IMG/VR virus record: IMGVR_UViG_3300027969_000088
DNA: 20,000 nt
Direction: 5' to 3' (one strand)
Source of the DNA: an uncultured virus (IMG/VR IMGVR_UViG_3300027969_000088)
Lineage: Duplodnaviria; Heunggongvirae; Uroviricota; Caudoviricetes
This document shows, in pieces, positions 1-7,168 of the stretch (position 1 is the stretch's first letter; the number at the start of each line of letters is the position of its first letter). The translations under genes and the position numbers were made by a program. Under the pieces are notes generated by a model that saw nothing but the letters and a program-made list of their open reading frames with translations, was not told where the DNA came from and made no database searches.

Positions 1-26
1 CCCATCAAAAAGTATGAACTGCGGTG

Positions 27-58
27 CAATATTAGAATAAATATTTTTAATTGTCAAG
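27..58 (-). promoter_or_regulatory. Putative Bacteroidota-type sigma promoter reading out of the window
   Basis: Minus strand CTTG (58-55), 20-nt spacer, TAATATTG (34-27), a variant of TTTG-N19-21-TAnnTTTG. Confidence 0.4.
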
Positions 59-439
59 CAAAATATGTCTTGGTTGATATTTTTTTATGTAGAACTCAAT
101 GAATTCAGCACCTTTGGCAACTAAATTTTTTTCTACGATTAATCTGAAGATATATTTATCATTGAAATTATACTTCTTCTGGAGAATATCTAAGAATGGT
201 TTTACAACATTATCTGCATCGGCAGCAATATTACTTACTCCAACTATTAATGAAATCTCTAAATAGTCTTTAGTTTGCTTTAAATCATACGGTTGTAAAC
301 GTAGCAACATCTCTTTCTCATATGAAACGTATTCTTTTGTTTTGAATCGTTTACCTTGCCAACATTGATTAACAGACAAGGGTTTAATGTCTACCCTATT
401 TGAGAAAAGAAGGATAGAATTTTTTAAGTGTTTCGACAT
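47..439 (-). CDS. rusA: RusA-like Holliday junction resolvase
   Basis: KPLSVNQCWQGKRFKT N-terminal motif; acidic D-x-D-N-x-x-K-x-x-x-D (ADADNVVKPFLD) and FND motifs typical of RusA. Confidence 0.8.
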   Translation of the reverse strand: MSKHLKNSILLFSNRVDIKPLSVNQCWQGKRFKTKEYVSYEKEMLLRLQPYDLKQTKDYLEISLIVGVSNIAADADNVVKPFLDILQKKYNFNDKYIFRLIVEKNLVAKGAEFIEFYIKKYQPRHILLDN

Positions 440-797
440 TAGTTTTTAAATCTTGAAAAAGCAATAGTTCTACAGGTATTCCATAAAATTCTGAAATAGC
501 TATAGCAATTTTAAGTGAGTTTATATTTTGGTCATTATAAAGAAATTTAGTTAGACTATTTTCTACATCGATACCCATAAACTCTTTTAGTTTATTAACT
601 GAAATAAACTCTTTGTATTGTTGAGAAAGAAAAATAATATTTTCTCTAAAGCGATTACTAATACTCTTTTGTTTGTTAAAAATTACTTCGGAGTAATATT
701 CACCTCGAACTTGAGCAATTAACTCATTTTCAAGCAAGATGTTCATACCTCGCTTTTTAATGCTAATTATTTTTTTGTCTAATTCATCGATGGTCAT
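396..797 (-). CDS. Putative XRE-like HTH transcriptional regulator
   Basis: C-terminal SLKIAIAISEFYGIPVELLL resembles the last helices of XRE/cI-like domains; ATGA overlap with the upstream gene. Confidence 0.5.
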   Translation of the reverse strand: MTIDELDKKIISIKKRGMNILLENELIAQVRGEYYSEVIFNKQKSISNRFRENIIFLSQQYKEFISVNKLKEFMGIDVENSLTKFLYNDQNINSLKIAIAISEFYGIPVELLLFQDLKTNVETLKKFYPSFLK

Positions 798-1039
798 ATA
801 TCAGAAATCTTCATCTCAAATTCTTTAAGATATCTTTCATTTTCATCAATACATTTTTTAACCTCTTTCATTACAATGATTAATTTTTGTTGGTCAACTA
901 AAGACTTACCATTCAAGATGTTATACACATCGTATTTTTGAATACCCAGTCTAGTTGTTCTGTCTACAATACGGGCCATATCGCCACGTTTTAACTTGTT
1001 TTTTAATTCAAGCACTTTTTCTTTTAGTTCGTTATTCAT
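794..1039 (-). CDS. Small putative HTH DNA-binding protein
   Basis: ORF track 794..1051 begins at TTG inside the promoter element, so ATG 1039 (MNNELK) is preferred; GDMARIV...YDVYNILNG is HTH-like. Confidence 0.5.
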   Translation of the reverse strand: MNNELKEKVLELKNKLKRGDMARIVDRTTRLGIQKYDVYNILNGKSLVDQQKLIIVMKEVKKCIDENERYLKEFEMKISDI

Positions 1040-1047
1040 AATATTAT

Positions 1048-1096
1048 ACAATTTTACAAAAAATATTTGAAATTACAAAATATTATATTATATTCG
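1048..1096. promoter_or_regulatory. Overlapping divergent Bacteroidota-type promoters
   Basis: Plus: TTTG 1066-1069, N19, TATATTCG 1089-1096. Minus: TTTG 1079-1076, N20, TAAAATTG 1055-1048. Lies between divergent operons. Confidence 0.65.
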
Positions 1097-1117
1097 CAGC
1101 ACTAATAGTAAAAAAAC

Positions 1118-1738
1118 ATGGGACTTAAAAATGGATTAGGTAAGAGAACTTACCTTGGAATTAGAGAAGGCAAGATTGCCAAAAACATCGGTGACAAGAA
1201 GTATGAATTGTATGATTCTTTCGAAGGAACAATTGTAGGGATTAGCACCAGAGATGGAATGTACGGACAAGAACTTTGTTTAGATTTAAGAGATGGAGGA
1301 GAACTTTACCAACTTCAACTCCGTATCAAAGGTGAAGACAAACCAGGTCAATTGGCCAAGCAAACATCTCACTTTATTGCATTTGCACATTGTTGCCCGA
1401 TTATTGACCCAACTAAACCAATCGAGTTTATTCCAAGCTTGAAAATAGTTGATGAAAAGAAGAGAGCTGCTTTGTTCTTAAAGCAAAATGGTGAAACATT
1501 AAAATGGGCATTTAAAAAAGGAGAAGGTATGCCTGATCCTGAAGAAGTGTTCAACAAAAAAGGAGAACTTGTTTCTATTGATTGGTCTGAAGTGGAAACT
1601 TTCAGAATGAACAAAGTAAATGAGTTTTCTGCGAAAGTTAGGGAAGCAGCAAGTTTTAACAACATGATGACTTCTGAAGTTGTAGAAGAATCAAGTGAGG
1701 ATTTGACTCCACTTGAGGATGATGACTTACCGTTCTAA
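1118..1738 (+). CDS. Putative single-stranded DNA-binding protein
   Basis: Acidic tail ending EDDDLPF; first gene of the operon containing YqaJ exonuclease. Confidence 0.65.
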   Translation: MGLKNGLGKRTYLGIREGKIAKNIGDKKYELYDSFEGTIVGISTRDGMYGQELCLDLRDGGELYQLQLRIKGEDKPGQLAKQTSHFIAFAHCCPIIDPTKPIEFIPSLKIVDEKKRAALFLKQNGETLKWAFKKGEGMPDPEEVFNKKGELVSIDWSEVETFRMNKVNEFSAKVREAASFNNMMTSEVVEESSEDLTPLEDDDLPF

Positions 1739-1740
1739 TT

Positions 1741-2007
1741 ATGCCTAGAGGAGTTAACAACACAGAACTCGCTGGAAAAATCGGAAAAAAAGTTGCACAG
1801 CCTGTCCATATGAAACACTATGGGCAGGAGCAACTCTCGATTATCCGCCAATCAAGTTTAAAATCATCAGTATCTTTTGTGGAAGCACTATTACCACGTT
1901 TACAAATAGAATTTTCAGTAAACGATGTAAGAATGTTGACATTAGAAACTGCTGAGATGTTTGAAAAATGGGTCTTGAGAGATGAAACTGGAACTAGTCA
2001 GGATTAA
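1741..2007 (+). CDS. Hypothetical phage protein (IxRQSSLK motif)
   Basis: Tightly packed ORF with TAATT-ATG start; IIRQSSLKSS motif. Confidence 0.6.
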   Translation: MPRGVNNTELAGKIGKKVAQPVHMKHYGQEQLSIIRQSSLKSSVSFVEALLPRLQIEFSVNDVRMLTLETAEMFEKWVLRDETGTSQD

Positions 2008-2965
2008 CAAAGACGAGCAATACCAGGAATGGTTAGACTTTCGTGAAAGAGGCTTAGGTGCTTCTGAGATTGGCACTCTTATGGGTGTCAATTCTTGGAA
2101 GTCCCCAGCCGAATTGTATTATCAAAAGATAGGATTGATTCCTCAGAAGCAAGTGCAGAATATGCCTATGTTTATGGGAACTATTCTTGAGCAAACTGTT
2201 GCAGATATTTTTGAACATTGGGAGAACGATGAGGCTACAATGATTAAGAACTTTGGTGAAGGTAAGAAGGTTAGACAATTGTATGAACCAGTAGGTTACA
2301 TTATCAATCCTTTGTACCCACATCTATTCTTTTCTCCGGATAGACTAATTACAACAAAAGAAATCAGAGTCCGAAACTCAGCGATTAACCTTGAGAATGT
2401 TGAGGCTATTGCTGAAATCAAAACCATTAATGGTTGGTCTGCTAAGCAATGGGAAGGTGGAATACCTCCATCCTACTATTTACAATTGCAAACCTACTTA
2501 ATGGGTCTCGGAGTTCAAAAAGGTTACCTTGTTGTCCTAAAAGACGGAAGAGACTTTACTGTACATGAGTATGAGGCCGATGAAGATATCATCAGTTCTA
2601 TTATAAACATTACTACAGACTTTTGGGAAAGAGTTCAACTAGGTAGAGAAGCACTTAAGAACGGAGGAGACTATGATCAGTATGCTCCACCACCAGATGG
2701 TACAGAAGCATTTGCTGAATATCTTACTGAAAGGTATGCTAATCCAGAGGATAAGAGTATAGCTTCGAATGTAGAGATTGATGAGTACATAACTCATTAC
2801 TTAAAACTTGGTGGAAAAATTGCTGAAATGGAAGATGAGAAAAGAGAAGCTTCGAATATGATTAAGAACCATATGGGTAACTATGCTTTGTTAAACTCTG
2901 ATATAGCAAAGGTTACGTGGAGACCTAACAAAAATGGTTCACGTGTATTTAGGGTAAATGGCTAA
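1982..2965 (+). CDS. YqaJ/lambda-exonuclease-like viral recombinase nuclease
   Basis: WLDFRERGLGASEIG, MGTILE, SPDR, EIKT and YYLQLQTYL motifs. Confidence 0.92.
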   Translation: MKLELVRINKDEQYQEWLDFRERGLGASEIGTLMGVNSWKSPAELYYQKIGLIPQKQVQNMPMFMGTILEQTVADIFEHWENDEATMIKNFGEGKKVRQLYEPVGYIINPLYPHLFFSPDRLITTKEIRVRNSAINLENVEAIAEIKTINGWSAKQWEGGIPPSYYLQLQTYLMGLGVQKGYLVVLKDGRDFTVHEYEADEDIISSIINITTDFWERVQLGREALKNGGDYDQYAPPPDGTEAFAEYLTERYANPEDKSIASNVEIDEYITHYLKLGGKIAEMEDEKREASNMIKNHMGNYALLNSDIAKVTWRPNKNGSRVFRVNG

Positions 2966-3242
2966 GGGGGATAAGGAATGGTATTTAAATATGTGGCAAA
3001 CGAGACAGACGCACCAGTGCGAGGAATGTGGTTTACATCTTCCACACTTCTCTCCGATGTTCATATCGCATATCATAACAAAAGGAAGTTATCCGAGTCT
3101 GAGGCAACATCCCGAAAACTGGATGCTATATTGTATGCATTGTCATCAGACATGGGAGTTTGGCAAGAGGAAGGAGATGAAGACTTACCAGAGAGCCATG
3201 GAGATTGCTGAAAAATTAAAAAGGGAGTATCATTCAAAATAA
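2958..3242 (+). CDS. Small Zn-binding HNH/NinG-like nuclease
   Basis: CEECG ... SHIITKG ... LRQHPEN ... CMHCH. Confidence 0.7.
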   Translation: MAKGDKEWYLNMWQTRQTHQCEECGLHLPHFSPMFISHIITKGSYPSLRQHPENWMLYCMHCHQTWEFGKRKEMKTYQRAMEIAEKLKREYHSK

Positions 3243-3244
3243 AG

Positions 3245-3276
3245 TTTGCATATGTAAACCTTTTATTTTATCTTTG
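3245..3276 (+). promoter_or_regulatory. Bacteroidota consensus promoter for the HNH gene
   Basis: TTTG 3245-3248, 20 nt, TATCTTTG 3269-3276; ATG at 3281. Confidence 0.75.
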
Positions 3277-3280
3277 TAAT

Positions 3281-3703
3281 ATGTCTAGGAAAAGAGATAG
3301 TAAATATGACGATGCCTACCAACTTTATTTAGATGGTATGTCATTACAGCAAGTTGCTAGTTCTATTAGTGTTACGAGACAATGTGTTTTCAAAGCATTT
3401 AAAAAAAGAAATTTTATTCTGAGAACTCCTAATTTTCAACCTCATCAGTATTTTGATGGTCATAAATTTTCTCTTAGAAATCATGGTTATTACGAAAAAA
3501 CTACCGGTAATAGAGAATTGATGCATCGTTATGTTTGGGAAAAACACAATGGTCCAATTCTTGAAAAACATGACATACATCACAAGAATCATGATAGAAG
3601 TGATAATAGAATTGAAAATTTAGAAATGCTTGGCCATAAAGAACACGCTAAAAAATACGCAACAGGAAATAACCAATATACAAAGAAAAATGATTCACTT
3701 TAG
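3281..3703 (+). CDS. HNH homing endonuclease with N-terminal HTH
   Basis: MHRYVWEKHNGPI...IHHKNHDRSDNRIENLE (HNH_3-like); N-terminal GMSLQQVASSISVTRQCV HTH. Confidence 0.9.
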   Translation: MSRKRDSKYDDAYQLYLDGMSLQQVASSISVTRQCVFKAFKKRNFILRTPNFQPHQYFDGHKFSLRNHGYYEKTTGNRELMHRYVWEKHNGPILEKHDIHHKNHDRSDNRIENLEMLGHKEHAKKYATGNNQYTKKNDSL

Positions 3704-4757
3704 TTTATTTTCTGGCATAGGAGGATTTGATCTTGCTTCTGAGTGGATGGGATGGAAAAACTATTTAAGTTGTGACATCAATCCATTTAGTAAAAAAATC
3801 TGTGAATTCTATTGGCCAGAGGCTTATCATCATGATAATATTAAAACATTAAATTATGAAACAATTAACATTGAACTTTCAAGGAGATTCGGAAGCCACT
3901 GGAGAAATGAGGACATTATCCTCACCGGTGGCTTCCCGTGACCATGTCAACCCTTCAGTACCGCTGGAAAAAGGATGGGAAAAGAAGATGATCGCCATCT
4001 TTGGCCCTATATGCTCCAAGCAATCAAAGACATTAGACCAAGATATGTCGTGGGGGAAAATGTTCGTGGACTCCTTAGTTGGTCGGACGGATTGGTTCTC
4101 GAAGAGGTCTACGCTGATTTGGAAGGTGAGGGATACGAAATCCAAACGTTTGTACTTCCAGCTGTCGGCATCAATGCACCACACAAACGGGACAGGGTCT
4201 GGATTATTGCTAAAAACACCAGCAGCGATGGACGGGTACAGCGAGAACTTAACGAAGAAGGAACAAGTATTCGGAAATTCGGGGACACTGGCTCAAGAAG
4301 TAGCAACGGGGTTCATATACAAGAGGGGGATGATACCAACACCAATAGCCGGGGATTGGAAGGGTCAATTGAGATCGGACGGAACAGCGAATATGTTGAG
4401 CGGAAAAGCGACATTGGGATTACTGCCGACACCGAACAGTTACGATTGGAACACAGCAGCGAAGCCTGGGACGTATTTGGCTCGATCACAGAGGCACAAG
4501 GACAAGAACGTAAATCTCCAAATGAGTCTAAGACAGATGACAATGTTTATACCGAACAAGGTGGACCATCCGAAGCTTGGGACTGCTTCCCAATTAAATC
4601 CCCACTTTGTAGCGGAGATGATGGGCTTCCCAACGAATTGGACGGACTTACCTTTCCTAAGTGGAGAAAAGAAAGTATAATGGGATATGGCAACGCCATT
4701 GTTCCTCAGATTGCTTACCGTATATTTGCAACCATAAATGAACTCGAAAATAGATAA
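3690..4757 (+). CDS. DNA (cytosine-5) methyltransferase, large (alpha) chain, with in-frame TGA at 3939-3941
   Basis: One frame from ATG 3690: motif I SLFSGIGG, motif IV GGFP*PCQPFS, VI ENV, VIII APHKRDRVW, X GNAIVPQ. ORFs 3630..3941 and 3975..4757 share this frame and are separated by a single TGA. Confidence 0.85.
3856..4680 (+). CDS. Methyltransferase beta chain (target-recognition region plus motif IX) nested in the +1 frame
   Basis: 274-aa open frame inside the alpha gene; AATT-ATG start as in other genes here; repeated (L)PTP units; motif IX-like LNPHFVAEMMGFPTNWT, which the alpha frame lacks. Confidence 0.8.
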   Translation: MKQLTLNFQGDSEATGEMRTLSSPVASRDHVNPSVPLEKGWEKKMIAIFGPICSKQSKTLDQDMSWGKMFVDSLVGRTDWFSKRSTLIWKVRDTKSKRLYFQLSASMHHTNGTGSGLLLKTPAAMDGYSENLTKKEQVFGNSGTLAQEVATGFIYKRGMIPTPIAGDWKGQLRSDGTANMLSGKATLGLLPTPNSYDWNTAAKPGTYLARSQRHKDKNVNLQMSLRQMTMFIPNKVDHPKLGTASQLNPHFVAEMMGFPTNWTDLPFLSGEKKV

Positions 4758-5049
4758 GAAGCAGTATCTCAGATACATGAAGACATTTGTCTGGGCTATT
4801 AAGAAAGATACTGTTTCTTTGGCCGATGCAGCTGAGAAGAGAGTAATGATTAACTATCCAGTGGATGCAACTACGGTAGAAGATGCCATTAACTTTGTAG
4901 AAACGGGTGAGGGCCTCAGAGATACCAATGTCTCCACCACAGACCTATATGCTATGATGGAAGCAATGAAACATTTACAAATTAAGGAAGAACCTAAAGT
5001 AGAAGAAAAACCAAAAAGAAAAAGAATTAAGAAAAATGACAGCAAATAA
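4738..5049 (+). CDS. Hypothetical protein
   Basis: Operonic ORF overlapping both neighbours; basic C-terminus. Confidence 0.65.
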   Translation: MNSKIDKKQYLRYMKTFVWAIKKDTVSLADAAEKRVMINYPVDATTVEDAINFVETGEGLRDTNVSTTDLYAMMEAMKHLQIKEEPKVEEKPKRKRIKKNDSK

Positions 5050-5377
5050 ATTTATTGGGTTACTATTACATAGTAGAGATGCGATGCATTTAGCCCATTG
5101 GAACACAAAATCTTTTTCAGAGCATGATGCATTGAATAAGTACTACGATGGTATACTTGAATTAACAGACGAGTTTACTGAAGTATTGTTTGGTCAAAAA
5201 GGACGTTTAGATATTTCTGTACCAGAAGTAGAAATAGAAGAACCTGTAGAGCACCTTACAGACTTTAGAGATATTGTTGAAAATGAAAGAGATAATTATT
5301 CTACTAATCTTCAGAATACTCTAGACGAAGTACTTTCTTTAATTGACCAAACACTATACAGACTAACACTTAAATAA
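5036..5377 (+). CDS. Ferritin/Dps-like four-helix phage protein
   Basis: HLAHWNTKSFSEHDALNKYYD...DEFTE...G and LQN..DE...LI..T.Y.L patterns. Confidence 0.7.
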   Translation: MTANKFIGLLLHSRDAMHLAHWNTKSFSEHDALNKYYDGILELTDEFTEVLFGQKGRLDISVPEVEIEEPVEHLTDFRDIVENERDNYSTNLQNTLDEVLSLIDQTLYRLTLK

Positions 5378-5378
5378 T

Positions 5379-5672
5379 ATGGAAAGTAATTATAAAGTAA
5401 GGGGTCTCAGAGTTCTATTAACTCCACCCCTAATTGTAAAATCTGCTATACAACTAGATGCAAAACTAGAGGAGCAGATAATGGATGAGCAAATGAAAAA
5501 ATGGGGCTCACTAGAAGTATTTGCTGTAGGTGATGAAGTAAATGATATTTCAGCAGGGGATAGAGTTTATGTCAATCCTATGTTCTTAAGAAATTCTGAA
5601 CACGTGTTAATTGATGGGGAGGATAAGATAATTGTTCGTGCTCCGGATATTGCTGTGATTTGGTATAAATAA
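5379..5672 (+). CDS. groES: GroES-like co-chaperonin
   Basis: RVLL...EVFAVG.EV..I.AGDRVY...IDGE...IVR..DI. Confidence 0.75.
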   Translation: MESNYKVRGLRVLLTPPLIVKSAIQLDAKLEEQIMDEQMKKWGSLEVFAVGDEVNDISAGDRVYVNPMFLRNSEHVLIDGEDKIIVRAPDIAVIWYK

Positions 5673-5685
5673 TTAAAAGAAATTA

Positions 5686-5799
5686 GCCCCGTTGGCCAGG
5701 GGATCGTAAAATACAGATCGGCATTTTAACAATGCCCAAGACATCTGTTCTCATCGTATAGGAGATAGGGTTAGCCTTCCCGACATCGTCTAAAAAGGC
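5686..5799 (+). ncRNA. Multi-hairpin structured RNA of unknown family
   Basis: Consecutive stems CCCC/GGGG, GATC/GATC, GGCATT/AATGCC, CTGTTCTC/GAGATAG and GCCTT/AAGGC; no ORF. Confidence 0.45.
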
Positions 5800-5805
5800 A
5801 AACAT

Positions 5806-5880
5806 AGTCAGGTGGATTAATATGGTAAATCATTCAATGGGAAACTGTTGAAAGATACAGGTTCGAATCCTGTCCGACTA
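5806..5880 (+). ncRNA. tRNA-like RNA 1 (anticodon loop replaced by GAAA tetraloop)
   Basis: Acceptor AGTCAGG/CC-GACT, D arm GATT/AATC with GG loop, stem TTCAATGG-GAAA-CTGTTGAA, T arm ACAGG-TTCGAAT-CCTGT. Confidence 0.75.
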
Positions 5881-6020
5881 CACCGGTAATGGGAAGGAAG
5901 CCCACGTTAAACTAAACCGTTGGAGGCTGTCGAGCCTTATGGATCGGTGTACCTAGATGTAAAATTGGTGCTATTGGTCTCTGAAGAATAGGGAACACGG
6001 GTAACTGCAAGATAAGTTAC
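5880..6020 (+). ncRNA. Structured spacer RNA between tRNA-like elements
   Basis: Closing stem ACACCGGT/ATCGGTGT (5880-5950) encloses TGGG/CCCA and GAGGCT/AGCCTT hairpins; then CTATT/AATAG and GTAACT/AGTTAC hairpins. Confidence 0.45.
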
Positions 6021-6025
6021 AAAAT

Positions 6026-6100
6026 AGGTGCATTGATCGTTTAGCGGTTAAGACATATCGTAAGATAAGACGCAGGTTCGAATCCTGGGTAGGTGCACCT
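6026..6100 (+). ncRNA. tRNA-like RNA 2 (anticodon arm reduced to 4 bp plus GTAA tetraloop)
   Basis: AGGTGCA/TGCACCT terminal stem, D arm GTTT-AGCGGTTA-AGAC, TATC-GTAA-GATA, T arm CAGG-TTCGAAT-CCTG. Confidence 0.7.
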
Positions 6101-6105
6101 TAAAT

Positions 6106-6231
6106 CGGAGAGTGGCGGAAGGTTAGGGGTAACCCTGACGTGTTAGACGCTGCTAGCTAAATATAGCAATTTGGGATTAGCCCTCTAACCATAGAGTGCC
6201 CAAAATACAGGTTAGAGTCCTGTCTCTCTGA
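6106..6231 (+). ncRNA. tRNA-like RNA 3 (expanded, with a hairpin inserted in the D loop)
   Basis: Acceptor CGGAGAG/CTCTCTG; D stem GCG/CGC containing GTTAGGG-GTAA-CCCTGAC; TGCTA/TAGCA arm with an 8-nt loop; long variable arm; T arm ACAGG-TTAGAGT-CCTGT. Confidence 0.65.
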
Positions 6232-6315
6232 CAAACAACAAAGGGGCATCAATGTCCCTCTGTATACATAATATCAGTTCAAACCTGACAAATAAACTAT
6301 GAAAGCAATATTAGA

Positions 6316-6939
6316 ATGATTGGAATTTATAAAATAGTATCTCCAATAGGTAGAGTATATGTAGGACAATCTACAAATATAGAAAAAAGATGGAATCACT
6401 ATAGATCACTAGACTGTAAGGACCAACAAAAAATATATAATTCTTTTGTTAAGTACGGGGTTTGTAGTCATATTTTTTTAATAATTGAAGAGTGTGATGT
6501 TAGCGATTTGAACGAAAGAGAAAGATATTGGCAAGAATATTACGATGTTGTAAAAAAAGGATTAAATTGCAAAATGGTTTTTACAAATGAAAAATCTGGT
6601 TTTTTATGCGAAGAAACAAAGAAAAAAATAAGCAAAGCAAATAAAGGAAGATCTAATAGAAAGAATTATAACCATTCAGAAGAAACAAAGAGAAAAATAA
6701 GTGAAGCCAATAAAGGAAAAAAAGCAACTGGTTTTTTAGGAAATCACTCAGAAGAAACAAAAAGAAAAATAAGTGAAGCCAATAAAGGAAGAATTGTTTC
6801 TGACGAACACAAATTAAAATTATCATTAGCAGCTATTGGAAGGCCAAGCAAGTTAAAAGGTAGAATTTTTACAGAAGAAGAAAGAAAAACAATGTATTCA
6901 ACAAGGAAAAAAATAAAAAATATATGCAAGCTCAATTAA
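6316..6939 (+). CDS. GIY-YIG homing endonuclease with NUMOD3 repeats
   Basis: GIYKI...YVGQS..I..RW..Y; RERYW; repeated HSEETKRKISEANKG. Confidence 0.93.
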   Translation: MIGIYKIVSPIGRVYVGQSTNIEKRWNHYRSLDCKDQQKIYNSFVKYGVCSHIFLIIEECDVSDLNERERYWQEYYDVVKKGLNCKMVFTNEKSGFLCEETKKKISKANKGRSNRKNYNHSEETKRKISEANKGKKATGFLGNHSEETKRKISEANKGRIVSDEHKLKLSLAAIGRPSKLKGRIFTEEERKTMYSTRKKIKNICKLN

Positions 6940-7148
6940 CCTTCAATCTTCCAGAAGACCACACAGATTTTGAAGATGCTGTCAATGGACAGAGATGGTC
7001 TTTAGCAATGTGGGAACTAGATCAACACCTTCGGTCTCAGACTAAACATCCTCCAGAAGGAATGTCAGATGATACATGGAAGGCATTAGATGATACTAGA
7101 GAGAAACTATATGAGATACTAAATGAAAACGCCCTTAAGCTCAGATAG
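6924..7148 (+). CDS. Conserved small phage hypothetical protein (FNLPED family)
   Basis: LTFNLPED..DF..A.NG..W....W.LDQ.LR. Confidence 0.75.
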   Translation: MQAQLTFNLPEDHTDFEDAVNGQRWSLAMWELDQHLRSQTKHPPEGMSDDTWKALDDTREKLYEILNENALKLR

Positions 7149-7168
7149 AGCAAACAAAAGACACTAAA

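Noticed and set aside
3939..3941. Genome-wide TGA reassignment or selenocysteine
   Set aside because: TGA is a true stop in many ATGA overlaps here. The catalytic Cys codon is still present two codons later, so Sec would be an insertion rather than a Cys replacement
5981..6020. Hammerhead ribozyme suggested by CTGAAGA
   Set aside because: No stem II followed by GAAA and no suitable stems I and III; the motif sits in a CTATT/AATAG hairpin loop
5806..6231. Canonical tRNA genes with assignable amino acids
   Set aside because: None has a 7-nt anticodon loop on a 5-bp stem
6669..6790. DNA direct repeat inside the GIY-YIG gene
   Set aside because: Explained by NUMOD3 protein repeats
6240..6960. 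Group I intron around the GIY-YIG gene
   Set aside because: No room or core elements 3' of the ORF, which overlaps the next gene; it looks free-standing
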